The notes beneath the pieces were generated by a model. That model was not told where the DNA came from. It did not search any database and saw only the letters and a list, made by a program, of their open reading frames with translations. A stretch of DNA of 64,000 bases, taken from a virus. Location: the IMG/VR virus record IMGVR_UViG_3300031552_000001, positions 64,001-128,000 of that record; one strand, given 5' to 3'. Below are positions 26,963 to 36,049 of the stretch, piece by piece (the first letter of the stretch is position 1; every line of letters begins with the position of its first letter). Made by a program: the position numbers and the translations under genes.

Positions 26963-27826
26963 CTACAAGGAAACAGTGGGCGTAGGTTTAGGCCCTAATG
27001 GAGCTGTAGGGACTCCACCTTCAATCAGAGGCATTCTAACAGGAGCGGGTGCTGCTCTGCGGGGGAGAGTTAAAGGGGCCCTAGCGGGAGCGGATTTAAT
27101 CTGAGATAAGGCTCGGCCCTTAGAACCGCCTCCTATAAGCCGATAAAGCTGTTCCTTATTTAGCCCTTGTTCAGACCTTCCTATCGCTTTTTTCATATAG
27201 GGAGTAAATTTACGCAGTCCCGATTCGGTTAAGTTAAGTACGTTACCGGCCATACCCCCCATACCCTCAGCCTCCCCTTTATGCATAGGAAGAACATCAA
27301 TAGCTTTTTCGCCTCGGATATTGGCCTTCCTAATGTCCTCTAATTGATAGCCCTTCGAAGCTCCAGCTCTTTGGAGCTCTTCTTTGATTGTAGCTTCTGC
27401 TCTACGTCCAGGCTCTCCTCCCGGTACGTATTCATGAAAAGTAGCCCGACCGCCTCTGCCTGTTCTTGCGAAGCCGTAAGTCTTAGCCAGCCTCGGAGAA
27501 TCTACGACCTTAGACATTTGTAGCTTGCGCCCTACCATCATAGGAGAAGCTATAGCGGAAGTGGGGTCATAGAGCTTACGAACCGCTACCCCATGCTCCG
27601 GGTGAGCTACCAAATCGGCTATTCCTTCGCTACCGCCTCCGAGGTGCTTGATGTGAGACCCCATAGCTGAGGGTTTCAACACTCCAGGGGTCTTTGCTAG
27701 TCGGCTAGCCTGCTCAAGCGCCCCACTGGTTCCTTTAGAGAACAGGTTCTTAATAAGACGGAAACCGGCTCTGGCTGAGATCTTCTCAAGCTCGTCTTTA
27801 AAAGCAAGTAAAGAAGTAGAATTCAT
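26963..27826 (-). CDS. Minimal protein-kinase-like protein with N-terminal FKDELEKIS tag
   Basis: LGGGSEGIADLV (Gly loop), VAVRKL, SPRLAKTYG, FHEYVPG, EDIRKANI (catalytic loop), AIDV. Confidence 0.6.
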   Translation of the reverse strand: MNSTSLLAFKDELEKISARAGFRLIKNLFSKGTSGALEQASRLAKTPGVLKPSAMGSHIKHLGGGSEGIADLVAHPEHGVAVRKLYDPTSAIASPMMVGRKLQMSKVVDSPRLAKTYGFARTGRGGRATFHEYVPGGEPGRRAEATIKEELQRAGASKGYQLEDIRKANIRGEKAIDVLPMHKGEAEGMGGMAGNVLNLTESGLRKFTPYMKKAIGRSEQGLNKEQLYRLIGGGSKGRALSQIKSAPARAPLTLPRRAAPAPVRMPLIEGGVPTAPLGPKPTPTVSL

Positions 27827-29835
27827 GCCGCTGCAGCCTCGGGCCCTCTCATGGGAGGTTTCTGCTCAGGCATAGGCTGAGCCGCAGAGTTCACATTAGC
27901 CCCTCTAGACTGCTGCATAAGCTGCAATATCAACGAATAGAGTTGAGGATTACTGCTTCTCATCTGCATAAGGTGCTGCTGCTTCTCCTGCTCGGGTAGC
28001 TGATTCAGCCAACTCACTACCTTATTCGCTATATCAAGAACCCCAAGTTGGGAAGGTTGATTAGACACCAATTGAGATTCACCAGAAGCAGTAGGGGATT
28101 CCTCCTGACTCATCTCCATAGGAGGCACCTGACCCGCTTGATTCATCATCCCGGTTTGAGCGTTTATGGCAGCACCTTGCGCTATAGGGCTAGACATGCC
28201 AGGCTGACCTGCGGCCGCCATACCCCCCTCTTGCATCGCTCTTTGGTCTTTTGGATCCATAGGGGCTACTTGTTGCTCCATCAAAATTTTCTGCGCTCTA
28301 GTTTGATACTTGATTTGAACCAGTTGGGCCTCACCTTGAATGCCTGCCTGAGCCAAAGCTTGAGACCTTTGATTTTCGAGCACTCTCTTTTGCTCTACGG
28401 ATATTAGCTCAGATTCTTTGACTGCATCCCAGTCCATGTCCTCAAGTAAAGACTTGTCAGACAACTTACCCGCTTGATTCATTTGCAAAAATAGGGCGCT
28501 ACGCTGCAAATCATCCGCCATTTTGAACCGTTTGTAATGTACAGGTACGGTCTCCCACCCCATATACGCGCCTATATTTGGCAGGATAAAATCAGTAACC
28601 AACTGTTTATGTTGTGTCCTTTGATCTAAAAAATGATTCTCCAAAATTCTCAGAGATACGTTTGAACCGCTATAGCTCATTCCACCGAAGACGAACTCTA
28701 TCGGGACTCCCATGCCTGCAATAATATGCTCTGCCCATACGCGATATTCTTGTGCCAACATTAAGGCTCTTCCATCGCCGCCTAAAGTCTGTTGGCCTAC
28801 TGGAATAGGAAGTAGTGGGATGTAGTTGTTATCTAACCTCCATCGAATAATCTCCTGCTCTATTTTGTCTCGCCATTGTGTAAGATTAACAGACGAATAT
28901 ACAGAAGCATCTGGAGAGGAGGTCTGTGGAAACAGCAAGCGTAATGGGACGATATGTTCTACTGCAATGGCTTCTTGGGCCTTACGCAATATTTGGAGGT
29001 AGAAAGCGTCTTTGAGAACAGGAAGAACCATGGGCATCCCCCACCCCTTGTCCTTTTGGGCAATGGTAGGGCGCTTCATGTGGTAAATGTTATCCCGACT
29101 AAACAATAACGCTTTATTCTGACGAAGGGCCTCAATAAACACTTGAGGAGTGCGCTCTATGATATGCCGCTTAGCCATTCGGACATCATTCGCAAGCATA
29201 GGAGGGATAACGTAGTAGTATCTGCTCTCTCCCGTAGCCTCATTGTGCTGAATTGTGACGTACTCCGGGTTCCACCTAATTAAATGAATATCCCTTACTG
29301 ATCGAACGTAATGATCTCTGACCTGAAACTCTTGGTGGTGGTCGCATCTTTGACAGTTACCTACAAACTTGTAATCTCTAAAAGTGTACTTCTGTTTTTC
29401 TACCCTAGACCGATGCCCGCAACTCTTGCAAATGAGAAGCTTATGGAAAGGGAATGAAATAGATATGAACGCGTTACCGTAAGCTTGATAGTCAAGCCCT
29501 GCTTCCACTTCAAACTTCTTGAAGTTTAAAACTGACCCAAAACAATACTCCCATTGCTTACGAAGCGGCTCGTTTTCTGTATCAAAGACTAAGTCAGTTA
29601 TGGGGTATTCTGCCATTTTAGAACAGACGGCGTTGATAAGCGGGTTAGTTAAAAAGTAATACCTGCACCAACGCAACATCGTTTTAAACGACGACGGCAA
29701 ATACGTATGAGCTATATCAAAAAAAGGAGAAGGGTATCTAATGGCCCCCAGGGCTTCACTAGTTAACGACCGTCCAGTATTCCTAGAGAATCGCATACCG
29801 CCAGAAGGACCGAATGTTAGAGCATCTATGCTCAT
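27823..29835 (-). CDS. Portal protein
   Basis: Size and position; NPLINAVCSKMAEY, WGMPMVLPVLKDAFYLQILRKAQEAIA, IIAGMGVP; coiled-coil and Q/M-rich C-terminus. Confidence 0.7.
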   Translation of the reverse strand: MSIDALTFGPSGGMRFSRNTGRSLTSEALGAIRYPSPFFDIAHTYLPSSFKTMLRWCRYYFLTNPLINAVCSKMAEYPITDLVFDTENEPLRKQWEYCFGSVLNFKKFEVEAGLDYQAYGNAFISISFPFHKLLICKSCGHRSRVEKQKYTFRDYKFVGNCQRCDHHQEFQVRDHYVRSVRDIHLIRWNPEYVTIQHNEATGESRYYYVIPPMLANDVRMAKRHIIERTPQVFIEALRQNKALLFSRDNIYHMKRPTIAQKDKGWGMPMVLPVLKDAFYLQILRKAQEAIAVEHIVPLRLLFPQTSSPDASVYSSVNLTQWRDKIEQEIIRWRLDNNYIPLLPIPVGQQTLGGDGRALMLAQEYRVWAEHIIAGMGVPIEFVFGGMSYSGSNVSLRILENHFLDQRTQHKQLVTDFILPNIGAYMGWETVPVHYKRFKMADDLQRSALFLQMNQAGKLSDKSLLEDMDWDAVKESELISVEQKRVLENQRSQALAQAGIQGEAQLVQIKYQTRAQKILMEQQVAPMDPKDQRAMQEGGMAAAGQPGMSSPIAQGAAINAQTGMMNQAGQVPPMEMSQEESPTASGESQLVSNQPSQLGVLDIANKVVSWLNQLPEQEKQQHLMQMRSSNPQLYSLILQLMQQSRGANVNSAAQPMPEQKPPMRGPEAAAA

Positions 29836-29843
29836 AGACCACC

Positions 29844-30650
29844 TTACCCGTAGTATTTTTGAATAGTGTTCAGTTGCTCCACAGCTTCACTGGGCGACGG
29901 GGCTCCAACAGCCGTCCTTACGCTGGCCCCAGACCTGACTCTATCTAAAACTCTGCCTAAGCGAGAGCCTAAGCTGGTGGCTCCGTACCAGAGCCCCATT
30001 GCTGGCGCGATACCTAACCCGCTACCTAAAATCATTCCCCCAGCGCTACCTAGCTCCCCTATTCCCTTCTCTAAGGCCCCTCCTTCGCCTGTAGGAGTGG
30101 CCTTCTGCGCGTTCACAACACTTGGGATTCCCATGCCCGCAAAGCCTACGGTCATCCCTTTGCTACCTACAGGGAGATACTTCGTGAGGTTTCCAGCTCC
30201 TGTCCACCCTTTTCGTGATAACTCCTCAGCAACCGATCTAGCTTTACCCGCATTCGGAGAAGTGCCTAACAAGTGCTCCCCGCCCCCCAATAGTTTCTTA
30301 TATGCTCTAGGATTGGTGGTCTTTAAAGAAGTAGCGGCCTCACTGGCGCTTCCAAACCCCAAGGCCTTTGCTCGTTGCTCCATACCGTGTAAAGGGGTAG
30401 AAGCTTCCCAGCCCTCACGCAGCCCCTTTATTGGAGAAAAAGCCCGCCGAGCGCCTTCAGCCCCCCCTCTAAATAACCCATTTTTACCTCGACTAATTTT
30501 ACCAACCGCTTTTAAGGACAACCGTGTAGGGTTTCTTAACGCAGTTGTAGAAAGGTACTTTCCTATACGTCGAAGAATCTGCCCCTGCGCCAGTTTTTGC
30601 AGCTCTTCCGAAAACACATCAAACATAACTGGTGTTAAGGTTTCACCCAC
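29844..30650 (-). CDS. Gly/Ala-rich basic protein with hydrophobic segments and N-terminal FSEELQKLA tag
   Basis: 268 aa immediately upstream of portal; segment GMILGSGLGIAPAMGLWYG. Confidence 0.65.
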   Translation of the reverse strand: MGETLTPVMFDVFSEELQKLAQGQILRRIGKYLSTTALRNPTRLSLKAVGKISRGKNGLFRGGAEGARRAFSPIKGLREGWEASTPLHGMEQRAKALGFGSASEAATSLKTTNPRAYKKLLGGGEHLLGTSPNAGKARSVAEELSRKGWTGAGNLTKYLPVGSKGMTVGFAGMGIPSVVNAQKATPTGEGGALEKGIGELGSAGGMILGSGLGIAPAMGLWYGATSLGSRLGRVLDRVRSGASVRTAVGAPSPSEAVEQLNTIQKYYG

Positions 30651-31510
30651 GTTTTCAACTCCTCGAGCTGCTCTACAAGCTGCTTGTTCCGAAGCTGCAT
30701 ATATTCGTAAGCTACCATAAGCTTAGCCGCCTGGACGTCCTCCGTTATCGTTTCATCCAGATTTAAAGAGTCTACGCCCTTACTTTTCATTCCGAGAAAC
30801 TTTGCTTCTACCAGCTTGGGATCGTACCTGAGAAATTTTTCTATATCCCTACCCGCCTTATCTGGGACCTTGGGATTAGGTTTCATGTTAAGCGGGTGTT
30901 CGTCCGAAAATCTTGCGGTACAGAAGTCGCATCGCCCGTCGAGGTCATCGCTGTCGACGTTTCCGCAGACTTTGCACACATAGGAGGGTCGGGACAACTT
31001 TCCTTGGGCAAAATCCAATGGAGCCGGTAAGTAGGTGACCCCTTCGTCGAGTGCGCAGGCCGCAACATACCTTTGAGGCTCATCATTATAGACCTCTTTT
31101 CGGATAGTGTTAGCTATGTCTACTCCCGCCATTAGCTGCGACAGTGTACAGCGCTGCGCAATATCGAATCTGGGAATATTGTTATTGAGAGCCTGTATAA
31201 TTTTTTCGAAGATGTGCCATTCTTTCCAAAAGCCAACTGTAGACGTTAGCGTTCGTACAGCTTGTATCTTCTGCCAATTTTGCTCGCTTATGGAGGTAGC
31301 TTTAAACGTATCGAGAATTTCTTGCTTTAGCGTAGTGGGCTCCCATTCCATCCAAGACGCTCCGAACTTTTCCAAAAGCACCATTGTAAGCACTACAGGG
31401 TGCGCGTCATGAAAACTAAACAGTCGAATGATGGGCTCTAAGGAAGCCTGAACAGGAGCTGGAACTTTACTTACGTCCAGCCCCCATTTAACCATAGGAA
31501 CTGAATTCAT
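30635..31510 (-). CDS. Hypothetical protein with a zinc ribbon
   Basis: CKVCG...CDFC; lies in the head operon. Confidence 0.7.
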   Translation of the reverse strand: MNSVPMVKWGLDVSKVPAPVQASLEPIIRLFSFHDAHPVVLTMVLLEKFGASWMEWEPTTLKQEILDTFKATSISEQNWQKIQAVRTLTSTVGFWKEWHIFEKIIQALNNNIPRFDIAQRCTLSQLMAGVDIANTIRKEVYNDEPQRYVAACALDEGVTYLPAPLDFAQGKLSRPSYVCKVCGNVDSDDLDGRCDFCTARFSDEHPLNMKPNPKVPDKAGRDIEKFLRYDPKLVEAKFLGMKSKGVDSLNLDETITEDVQAAKLMVAYEYMQLRNKQLVEQLEELKTWVKP

Positions 31511-31519
31511 CTATTAACC

Positions 31520-32659
31520 TCAAACGATCTGTGCCACTTCACTTTGTTCAGGATGATCTGAGGCCATTCTGCATATGAGTTTCTTTTGGGGAGTCGGCAT
31601 AGAATCAAAAATGGCTACCGGGTTTTTCTGAAACTCCTTACACACATCCTCTGTAAATACTTTTTTTAGCTCACAAAGACGATTCTGGGCTAAGTCTGTA
31701 AGCTGTTCCGTAGTTACCCTATCATTACCCCCATCCCAAAGTACTTCGGCAGTTTTATTTATTCCAAAGGTAGAAGCCCATGGGTCTAGAACGTAGTTAT
31801 CCCAAAGGCGGTCGAGCCCCTCCTTCACATCGAACCTTCGAAGAGCCTCAGCGTACACATCAGGCTCTATAGAAGACCTCTTCTCAAAAAGTTCCTCTAA
31901 AAATAGCCGAGAATCCCCCTTAGGGTCACACGCTACCTTACGCATCTCTACAGCAGCTTTAAGATGGCCTTCGGAAGCCCACCCAACAGCGCCTAAGTCG
32001 GAAATCTCAGGGTCTAATGGATACCCCATAGAACAAGCTTTAGCAGCCAACTTCGTTGCGTATTGCCTCCGGATTTCGGGCTCCATTCGCTTCTTTTCGT
32101 CTTGGAAGTATTCCTCTGCTTTCTTTACAAGATCCCAGGAGTAGATAGGGTAGCAGTGACGACCGTCTGGTAAAACTACAGCGTAATCTTCAGACCGCCT
32201 CGATTGTGCCTGCTTTACTTTTATCTGCGGACGCTTACCTGTAATGTCTACCGCCCCTTTCCGCACAGACCCTACTTTATCTAATGACTTATCGCAGTTG
32301 GGGGCCAACATAGCCAGCTTCCGTAAAGCGGGCGGCCCCTCGATGCCGAATGCGGCACACTTAGAAGAAAGATTCCAGGCTGCTGTCTTTTGCGCTTCTT
32401 CAGGAAGCTTGTCTCCATGCTCCATGAAGTAAATAACTGACATTGCCGTCGTACCGGGATCGTGACAGGCAAACTTATGTAGAACATCCCCGCCATCAAT
32501 TGCTACAAGAGCAAAATCTGCGTGATCAAGCTTTTCTAGTGGTTTAATATCGGCCTCTTTGATAACACCAGGCAAAGAATCCGGTGTGGGGAACTTACTT
32601 TTTAGAGTATCTCCATGATCATCGTACCAGTCCAATACGACTCCGCTCATTCTTCCCAT
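31520..32659 (-). CDS. Hypothetical head-module protein rich in K-x-A motifs
   Basis: AGGAG upstream; KEAD, KTAA, KLAM, KQAQ, KKAE, KLAA, KVAC, KTAE. Confidence 0.75.
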   Translation of the reverse strand: MGRMSGVVLDWYDDHGDTLKSKFPTPDSLPGVIKEADIKPLEKLDHADFALVAIDGGDVLHKFACHDPGTTAMSVIYFMEHGDKLPEEAQKTAAWNLSSKCAAFGIEGPPALRKLAMLAPNCDKSLDKVGSVRKGAVDITGKRPQIKVKQAQSRRSEDYAVVLPDGRHCYPIYSWDLVKKAEEYFQDEKKRMEPEIRRQYATKLAAKACSMGYPLDPEISDLGAVGWASEGHLKAAVEMRKVACDPKGDSRLFLEELFEKRSSIEPDVYAEALRRFDVKEGLDRLWDNYVLDPWASTFGINKTAEVLWDGGNDRVTTEQLTDLAQNRLCELKKVFTEDVCKEFQKNPVAIFDSMPTPQKKLICRMASDHPEQSEVAQIV

Positions 32660-32740
32660 AACAATCTCCTAAGCGAACACATGTTGCTTATTAGCTACAC
32701 AAATACAGGTTCGTAGCTACCGAAAAACTCGGAATTTCGT

Positions 32741-32750
32741 GGGTATAAGT
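32741..32750 (+). promoter_or_regulatory. Candidate -10 element of the replication operon (GGGTATAAGT)
   Basis: Lies in a divergent intergenic region upstream of the AAGGAGG and GTG at 32788; matches the 9513 element. Confidence 0.35.
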
Positions 32751-32787
32751 ATCCTGTACCTACGTTTAATTCCAAGGAGGTTTCTTT

Positions 32788-33237
32788 GTGGATCACGAAT
32801 TGATATCTCAATGCATCAACGGGGAAAGACATCGAGACTGCGAATATTGCCACGAGCATCCGTCTAGAGGGGGCGAATGTTGCTTTGGTTCTAGGCATGA
32901 ATACGGAGACCCCGATTGTTATCAGTGCGCTCTTCAAGAAGACTGCGCTCGAGCAACGCACACACACGAACGCGAATACCCTTCTCGAAGGATAATATAC
33001 CCAAGTACCCCTTCGGCCAAGGCTATGGTTCGCAATACGCCCATGTATAAGCAAAAACTCTCCACAACGCCAAATAACTCGCCGTTGCTGCCGCAATCCT
33101 CATCTAGCGTAGATCCGATAGAAATTAACCCCAAACATGGGCTAGTGCAGCAATTCCTGCTAGTTGGGGCATGGGGAGCCATAGAGGGGTTCTTCTCCCT
33201 AGCGCTCGATTTTCTAAGAAAGAAGAGACCACAATAA
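32788..33237 (+). CDS. Cys-rich hypothetical protein with a C-terminal hydrophobic helix
   Basis: AAGGAGG ribosome-binding site; CEYC...CC...CYQC...C. Confidence 0.7.
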   Translation: MDHELISQCINGERHRDCEYCHEHPSRGGECCFGSRHEYGDPDCYQCALQEDCARATHTHEREYPSRRIIYPSTPSAKAMVRNTPMYKQKLSTTPNNSPLLPQSSSSVDPIEINPKHGLVQQFLLVGAWGAIEGFFSLALDFLRKKRPQ

Positions 33238-33249
33238 CATACATAGATT

Positions 33250-33684
33250 ATGTGCGTAGAAACCAAACCAGCATTGTATGACTTCCGTAAGGCACTTATA
33301 AAGCTCCGTTCTGCGTCTCAATGGCACACCCCACAAGAGTTTAGTTATCAGGTGGGTCTGTACTTCAAAAGCTACAAGAGGATAGAAGAGGGAGGAGAGC
33401 TGCCAGCCAAAAGCACATTAGAAAGGATTTTTGCGAGGCTTAGGCCCTCTAAAGAAGTAGAAGCTAAAATATGGGAGTTATGGGCTAGAGCGAGACTAGA
33501 ACGAGACGGAGTTTATTTGCCAGAACCCTTTCCCTGTGAGTCTGACCTTGACGACGTTTCAGAAAAAATAAAGAGCGAGGTAATTTACATTCTTAAACAA
33601 GAAGGGGTTTACTTGAGGAAGACGGCGGAGAAGGTAATTCGTAATAGGATAGCTATGATTCTCAAGTCGATGCTCGGAGAGTAA
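33250..33684 (+). CDS. Putative XRE-like helix-turn-helix protein
   Basis: QEFSYQVGLYFKSYKRIEEGGELPAKSTLERIF fits the XRE HTH spacing. Confidence 0.45.
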   Translation: MCVETKPALYDFRKALIKLRSASQWHTPQEFSYQVGLYFKSYKRIEEGGELPAKSTLERIFARLRPSKEVEAKIWELWARARLERDGVYLPEPFPCESDLDDVSEKIKSEVIYILKQEGVYLRKTAEKVIRNRIAMILKSMLGE

Positions 33685-33685
33685 C

Positions 33686-36049
33686 GTGACCTCTTACCGA
33701 TACTTAGTTAAGGACCCAGACAAGGCGTATATATCAAACAATCTGTGGCTCCCCAAAAAATCAATAAACCAGTCAGTAGTAAAAGCTGCCCTTACCTTCT
33801 CTCTCAATGATGAAGAAGTGGTAGTAGACGAGCTTACCGGGGAGGCCATAGGCACAAAAACAAAAACCTTACGATTATGGGACGAGACAGAGCGTCACAT
33901 TATCACCCCCAAAGAATTTATTTCTCCTAGCAACTACCCCAACTTCCCGTGTGAATTTGAACAAATACCTCCTCCAGATTTCGAACAGGTACGAATAGAT
34001 GATCGTATAGAGCTAAGAAATGAAGAGCAACAAAGAGCGTACGAGGCCCTGTTACAAGACGGAAACGGCACACTGCACGTAAGTTGCGGCAAAGGGAAAA
34101 CGGTAATCGCGCTAAAAGTTGCCGCCACCCTTAAAGTGCCCACTATTGTGATAGTAAACAGCACGGCCTTACTTGAGCAGTGGAAAGAGGAAATAACAAA
34201 ACACTTGGGAGTACAAAGCATAGGGGTTCTACAAGGGCAACTACAGGACTGGAAAGGGCGCCCTATCGTGTTGTCTATGGTTCACACTCTTTCAAATAGA
34301 AGAAAGATGTGGTCTTCGGACTTCAAGCGTTACTTCGGGTTAGCGATATACGATGAGTGCTTTACTTCTGACACTTTAATTGACGACACTCCCATACAAA
34401 AAATTAGGGTAGGTGATACTGTTAGCAGTTACTCTGAAGCAGATGAAAGCCTATGCCGAAAAAAAGTGCTGCGTGTATTCAAGAAAAAACCCTTCAAACT
34501 CATAAGAATACAAGCCGAAGGCAAAAACGTAATTTGCACCCCCAATCACCCTTTCTTGACTGAAAAAGGGTGGGCTAATGCGGAGAACTTGACATGCGGG
34601 TCTGTGGTGCTATGCGCCATAAAGCATCGAAGCTTTATAGGAAAGGAAGGAAGGCGTGACCCCTCCAAAAGTCATAGTCTCTGTTTGCAAAGAGTGCGGA
34701 ACTCAAACAGTAAAAACGGGAAAAGCTGGGTTAGAGCAAGTGAGAAGGGGCGCAGTGTACTGCTCCCGACAATGCGCTCAACGTCACCTACATCGGGAGA
34801 GATCAAAGAGGATGTCAGAAACAAATCGAAAATACGCCTCAGAGAGAATGAAAAAGAACAACCCGATGAAAAGAAAAGAAGTGCGCGAGAAAATGAAATC
34901 TACACTAAGGGCGATGGGGTGGAAGCCCCCTGTTCAAGGAGGGAACGGAAGAACTCCCCCGGCGGCTCAACAGCTTTTAGCTTGCGCCCTGGGCTGGCCC
35001 ATGGAAGTAGCTATTGGGATTCAAAACGCGAGGGCAAAGCACAGCGCGAATGTATACAAACTCGATATCGGGAACAGGGCGTTGAAGCTGGGAATAGAAG
35101 TAGACGGGTATTCCCATTGCTCCCTTACGAGAAAAAAGCAAGACAAGAAGAAAGAGAAAATCTTAGCTGGGTTAGGGTGGACAGTATTGAGATTCTCGAA
35201 CCGGGAAGTGACGGAACATTTGGCGGATTGTGTCCAGACGGTTTTGTCTACAATCTCGAAGTTGAAGATACGCACACCTACTTAGCCAATGGTTTTGTAG
35301 TTCATAATTGCCACCACATGTCAGCTCCTGTTTTTGTACTAAGTGCTGACATGTTTTACGGAAAAAGAATTTCCCTGACTGCTACTGCTTCCAGAACAGA
35401 TGGACTAGAGACCGTTTACCAGTATCATCTGGGCAGAGTGATTCACAAAAATTTGTCGCAAGACCTTATTCCTCATACAGTTTTTCATGTGCTTCACTGG
35501 AAAATGCCTCCTGAGCACAAAAAGCTGGTCATAGATCGGAATAAAGAAGTAAGTACCCCCCGAGTTAGGACTTACCTTGGAAAGCTAGAGTGGAGAAATA
35601 ACCTAATCTACGAATACCTGGCCCAAGATCTAAAAAACGGAAGAAGTATTTTGGTGCTGAGCCACAGCGTAGACCATGTGGAAGTATTGCATAACTACCT
35701 GAGTGCGGCCGGGGCAGGTATGATTGTAGGAAAAACCCCTCAAGAAAGCCGAATGGCTATTTTGAGAAATGGTAATCCCGTATTTGGTACTTTTCAGTTA
35801 GCTAGAGAGGGATTAAATAAGCCCTCTCTAGATACCCTGTATGTGGTCACCCCTTTCAATAACTCCAACGACCTGCAACAGGCTTGGGGGCGAATTCAAC
35901 GAAGACATGAGGGTAAAAAGGAGCCTCTAATCAGGGTTTTTGAAGACCGGGCGTTTCAATGCTGTTTTAGGTCTTGCCGAGGACTACGAAACGTTCTTAA
36001 GAAGTTCGGCTATCCGTACACGAAAGAGGAGTGGGTAAAGTATGAGTGA
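33686..36049 (+). CDS. Superfamily 2 helicase (UvsW/Rad25-like) with an intein in motif II
   Basis: SCGKGKT; YDE|CHH after splicing; LTATASRTDG; REGLNKP; QAWGRIQR. Confidence 0.9.
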   Translation: MTSYRYLVKDPDKAYISNNLWLPKKSINQSVVKAALTFSLNDEEVVVDELTGEAIGTKTKTLRLWDETERHIITPKEFISPSNYPNFPCEFEQIPPPDFEQVRIDDRIELRNEEQQRAYEALLQDGNGTLHVSCGKGKTVIALKVAATLKVPTIVIVNSTALLEQWKEEITKHLGVQSIGVLQGQLQDWKGRPIVLSMVHTLSNRRKMWSSDFKRYFGLAIYDECFTSDTLIDDTPIQKIRVGDTVSSYSEADESLCRKKVLRVFKKKPFKLIRIQAEGKNVICTPNHPFLTEKGWANAENLTCGSVVLCAIKHRSFIGKEGRRDPSKSHSLCLQRVRNSNSKNGKSWVRASEKGRSVLLPTMRSTSPTSGEIKEDVRNKSKIRLRENEKEQPDEKKRSARENEIYTKGDGVEAPCSRRERKNSPGGSTAFSLRPGLAHGSSYWDSKREGKAQRECIQTRYREQGVEAGNRSRRVFPLLPYEKKARQEERENLSWVRVDSIEILEPGSDGTFGGLCPDGFVYNLEVEDTHTYLANGFVVHNCHHMSAPVFVLSADMFYGKRISLTATASRTDGLETVYQYHLGRVIHKNLSQDLIPHTVFHVLHWKMPPEHKKLVIDRNKEVSTPRVRTYLGKLEWRNNLIYEYLAQDLKNGRSILVLSHSVDHVEVLHNYLSAAGAGMIVGKTPQESRMAILRNGNPVFGTFQLAREGLNKPSLDTLYVVTPFNNSNDLQQAWGRIQRRHEGKKEPLIRVFEDRAFQCCFRSCRGLRNVLKKFGYPYTKEEWVKYE
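34358..35308 (+). mobile_element. Intein (317 aa) in helicase motif II, lacking an in-frame endonuclease
   Basis: CFTSDT, block B CTPNHPF, block F VYNLEVEDTHTY, ends VVHN before Cys. Confidence 0.92.
34656..35285 (+). CDS. DUF559/Vsr-like endonuclease with Zn finger and NUMOD3-like segment, nested in the +1 frame of the intein
   Basis: CKECG...YCSRQC; KNNPMKRKEVREKMKS; YKLDIG...GIEVDGYSH...DKKKEKILAGLGWTVLRFSN; purine-rich AGGAAGGAAGG before the GTG. Confidence 0.85.
   Translation: MTPPKVIVSVCKECGTQTVKTGKAGLEQVRRGAVYCSRQCAQRHLHRERSKRMSETNRKYASERMKKNNPMKRKEVREKMKSTLRAMGWKPPVQGGNGRTPPAAQQLLACALGWPMEVAIGIQNARAKHSANVYKLDIGNRALKLGIEVDGYSHCSLTRKKQDKKKEKILAGLGWTVLRFSNREVTEHLADCVQTVLSTISKLKIRTPT

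Noticed and set aside
29866-30720. 284 aa plus-strand ORF
   Set aside because: Antisense mirror of the Gly/Ala-rich gene 29844-30650; its Pro/Ala/Ser composition is what reverse-complemented Gly/Ala codons produce.
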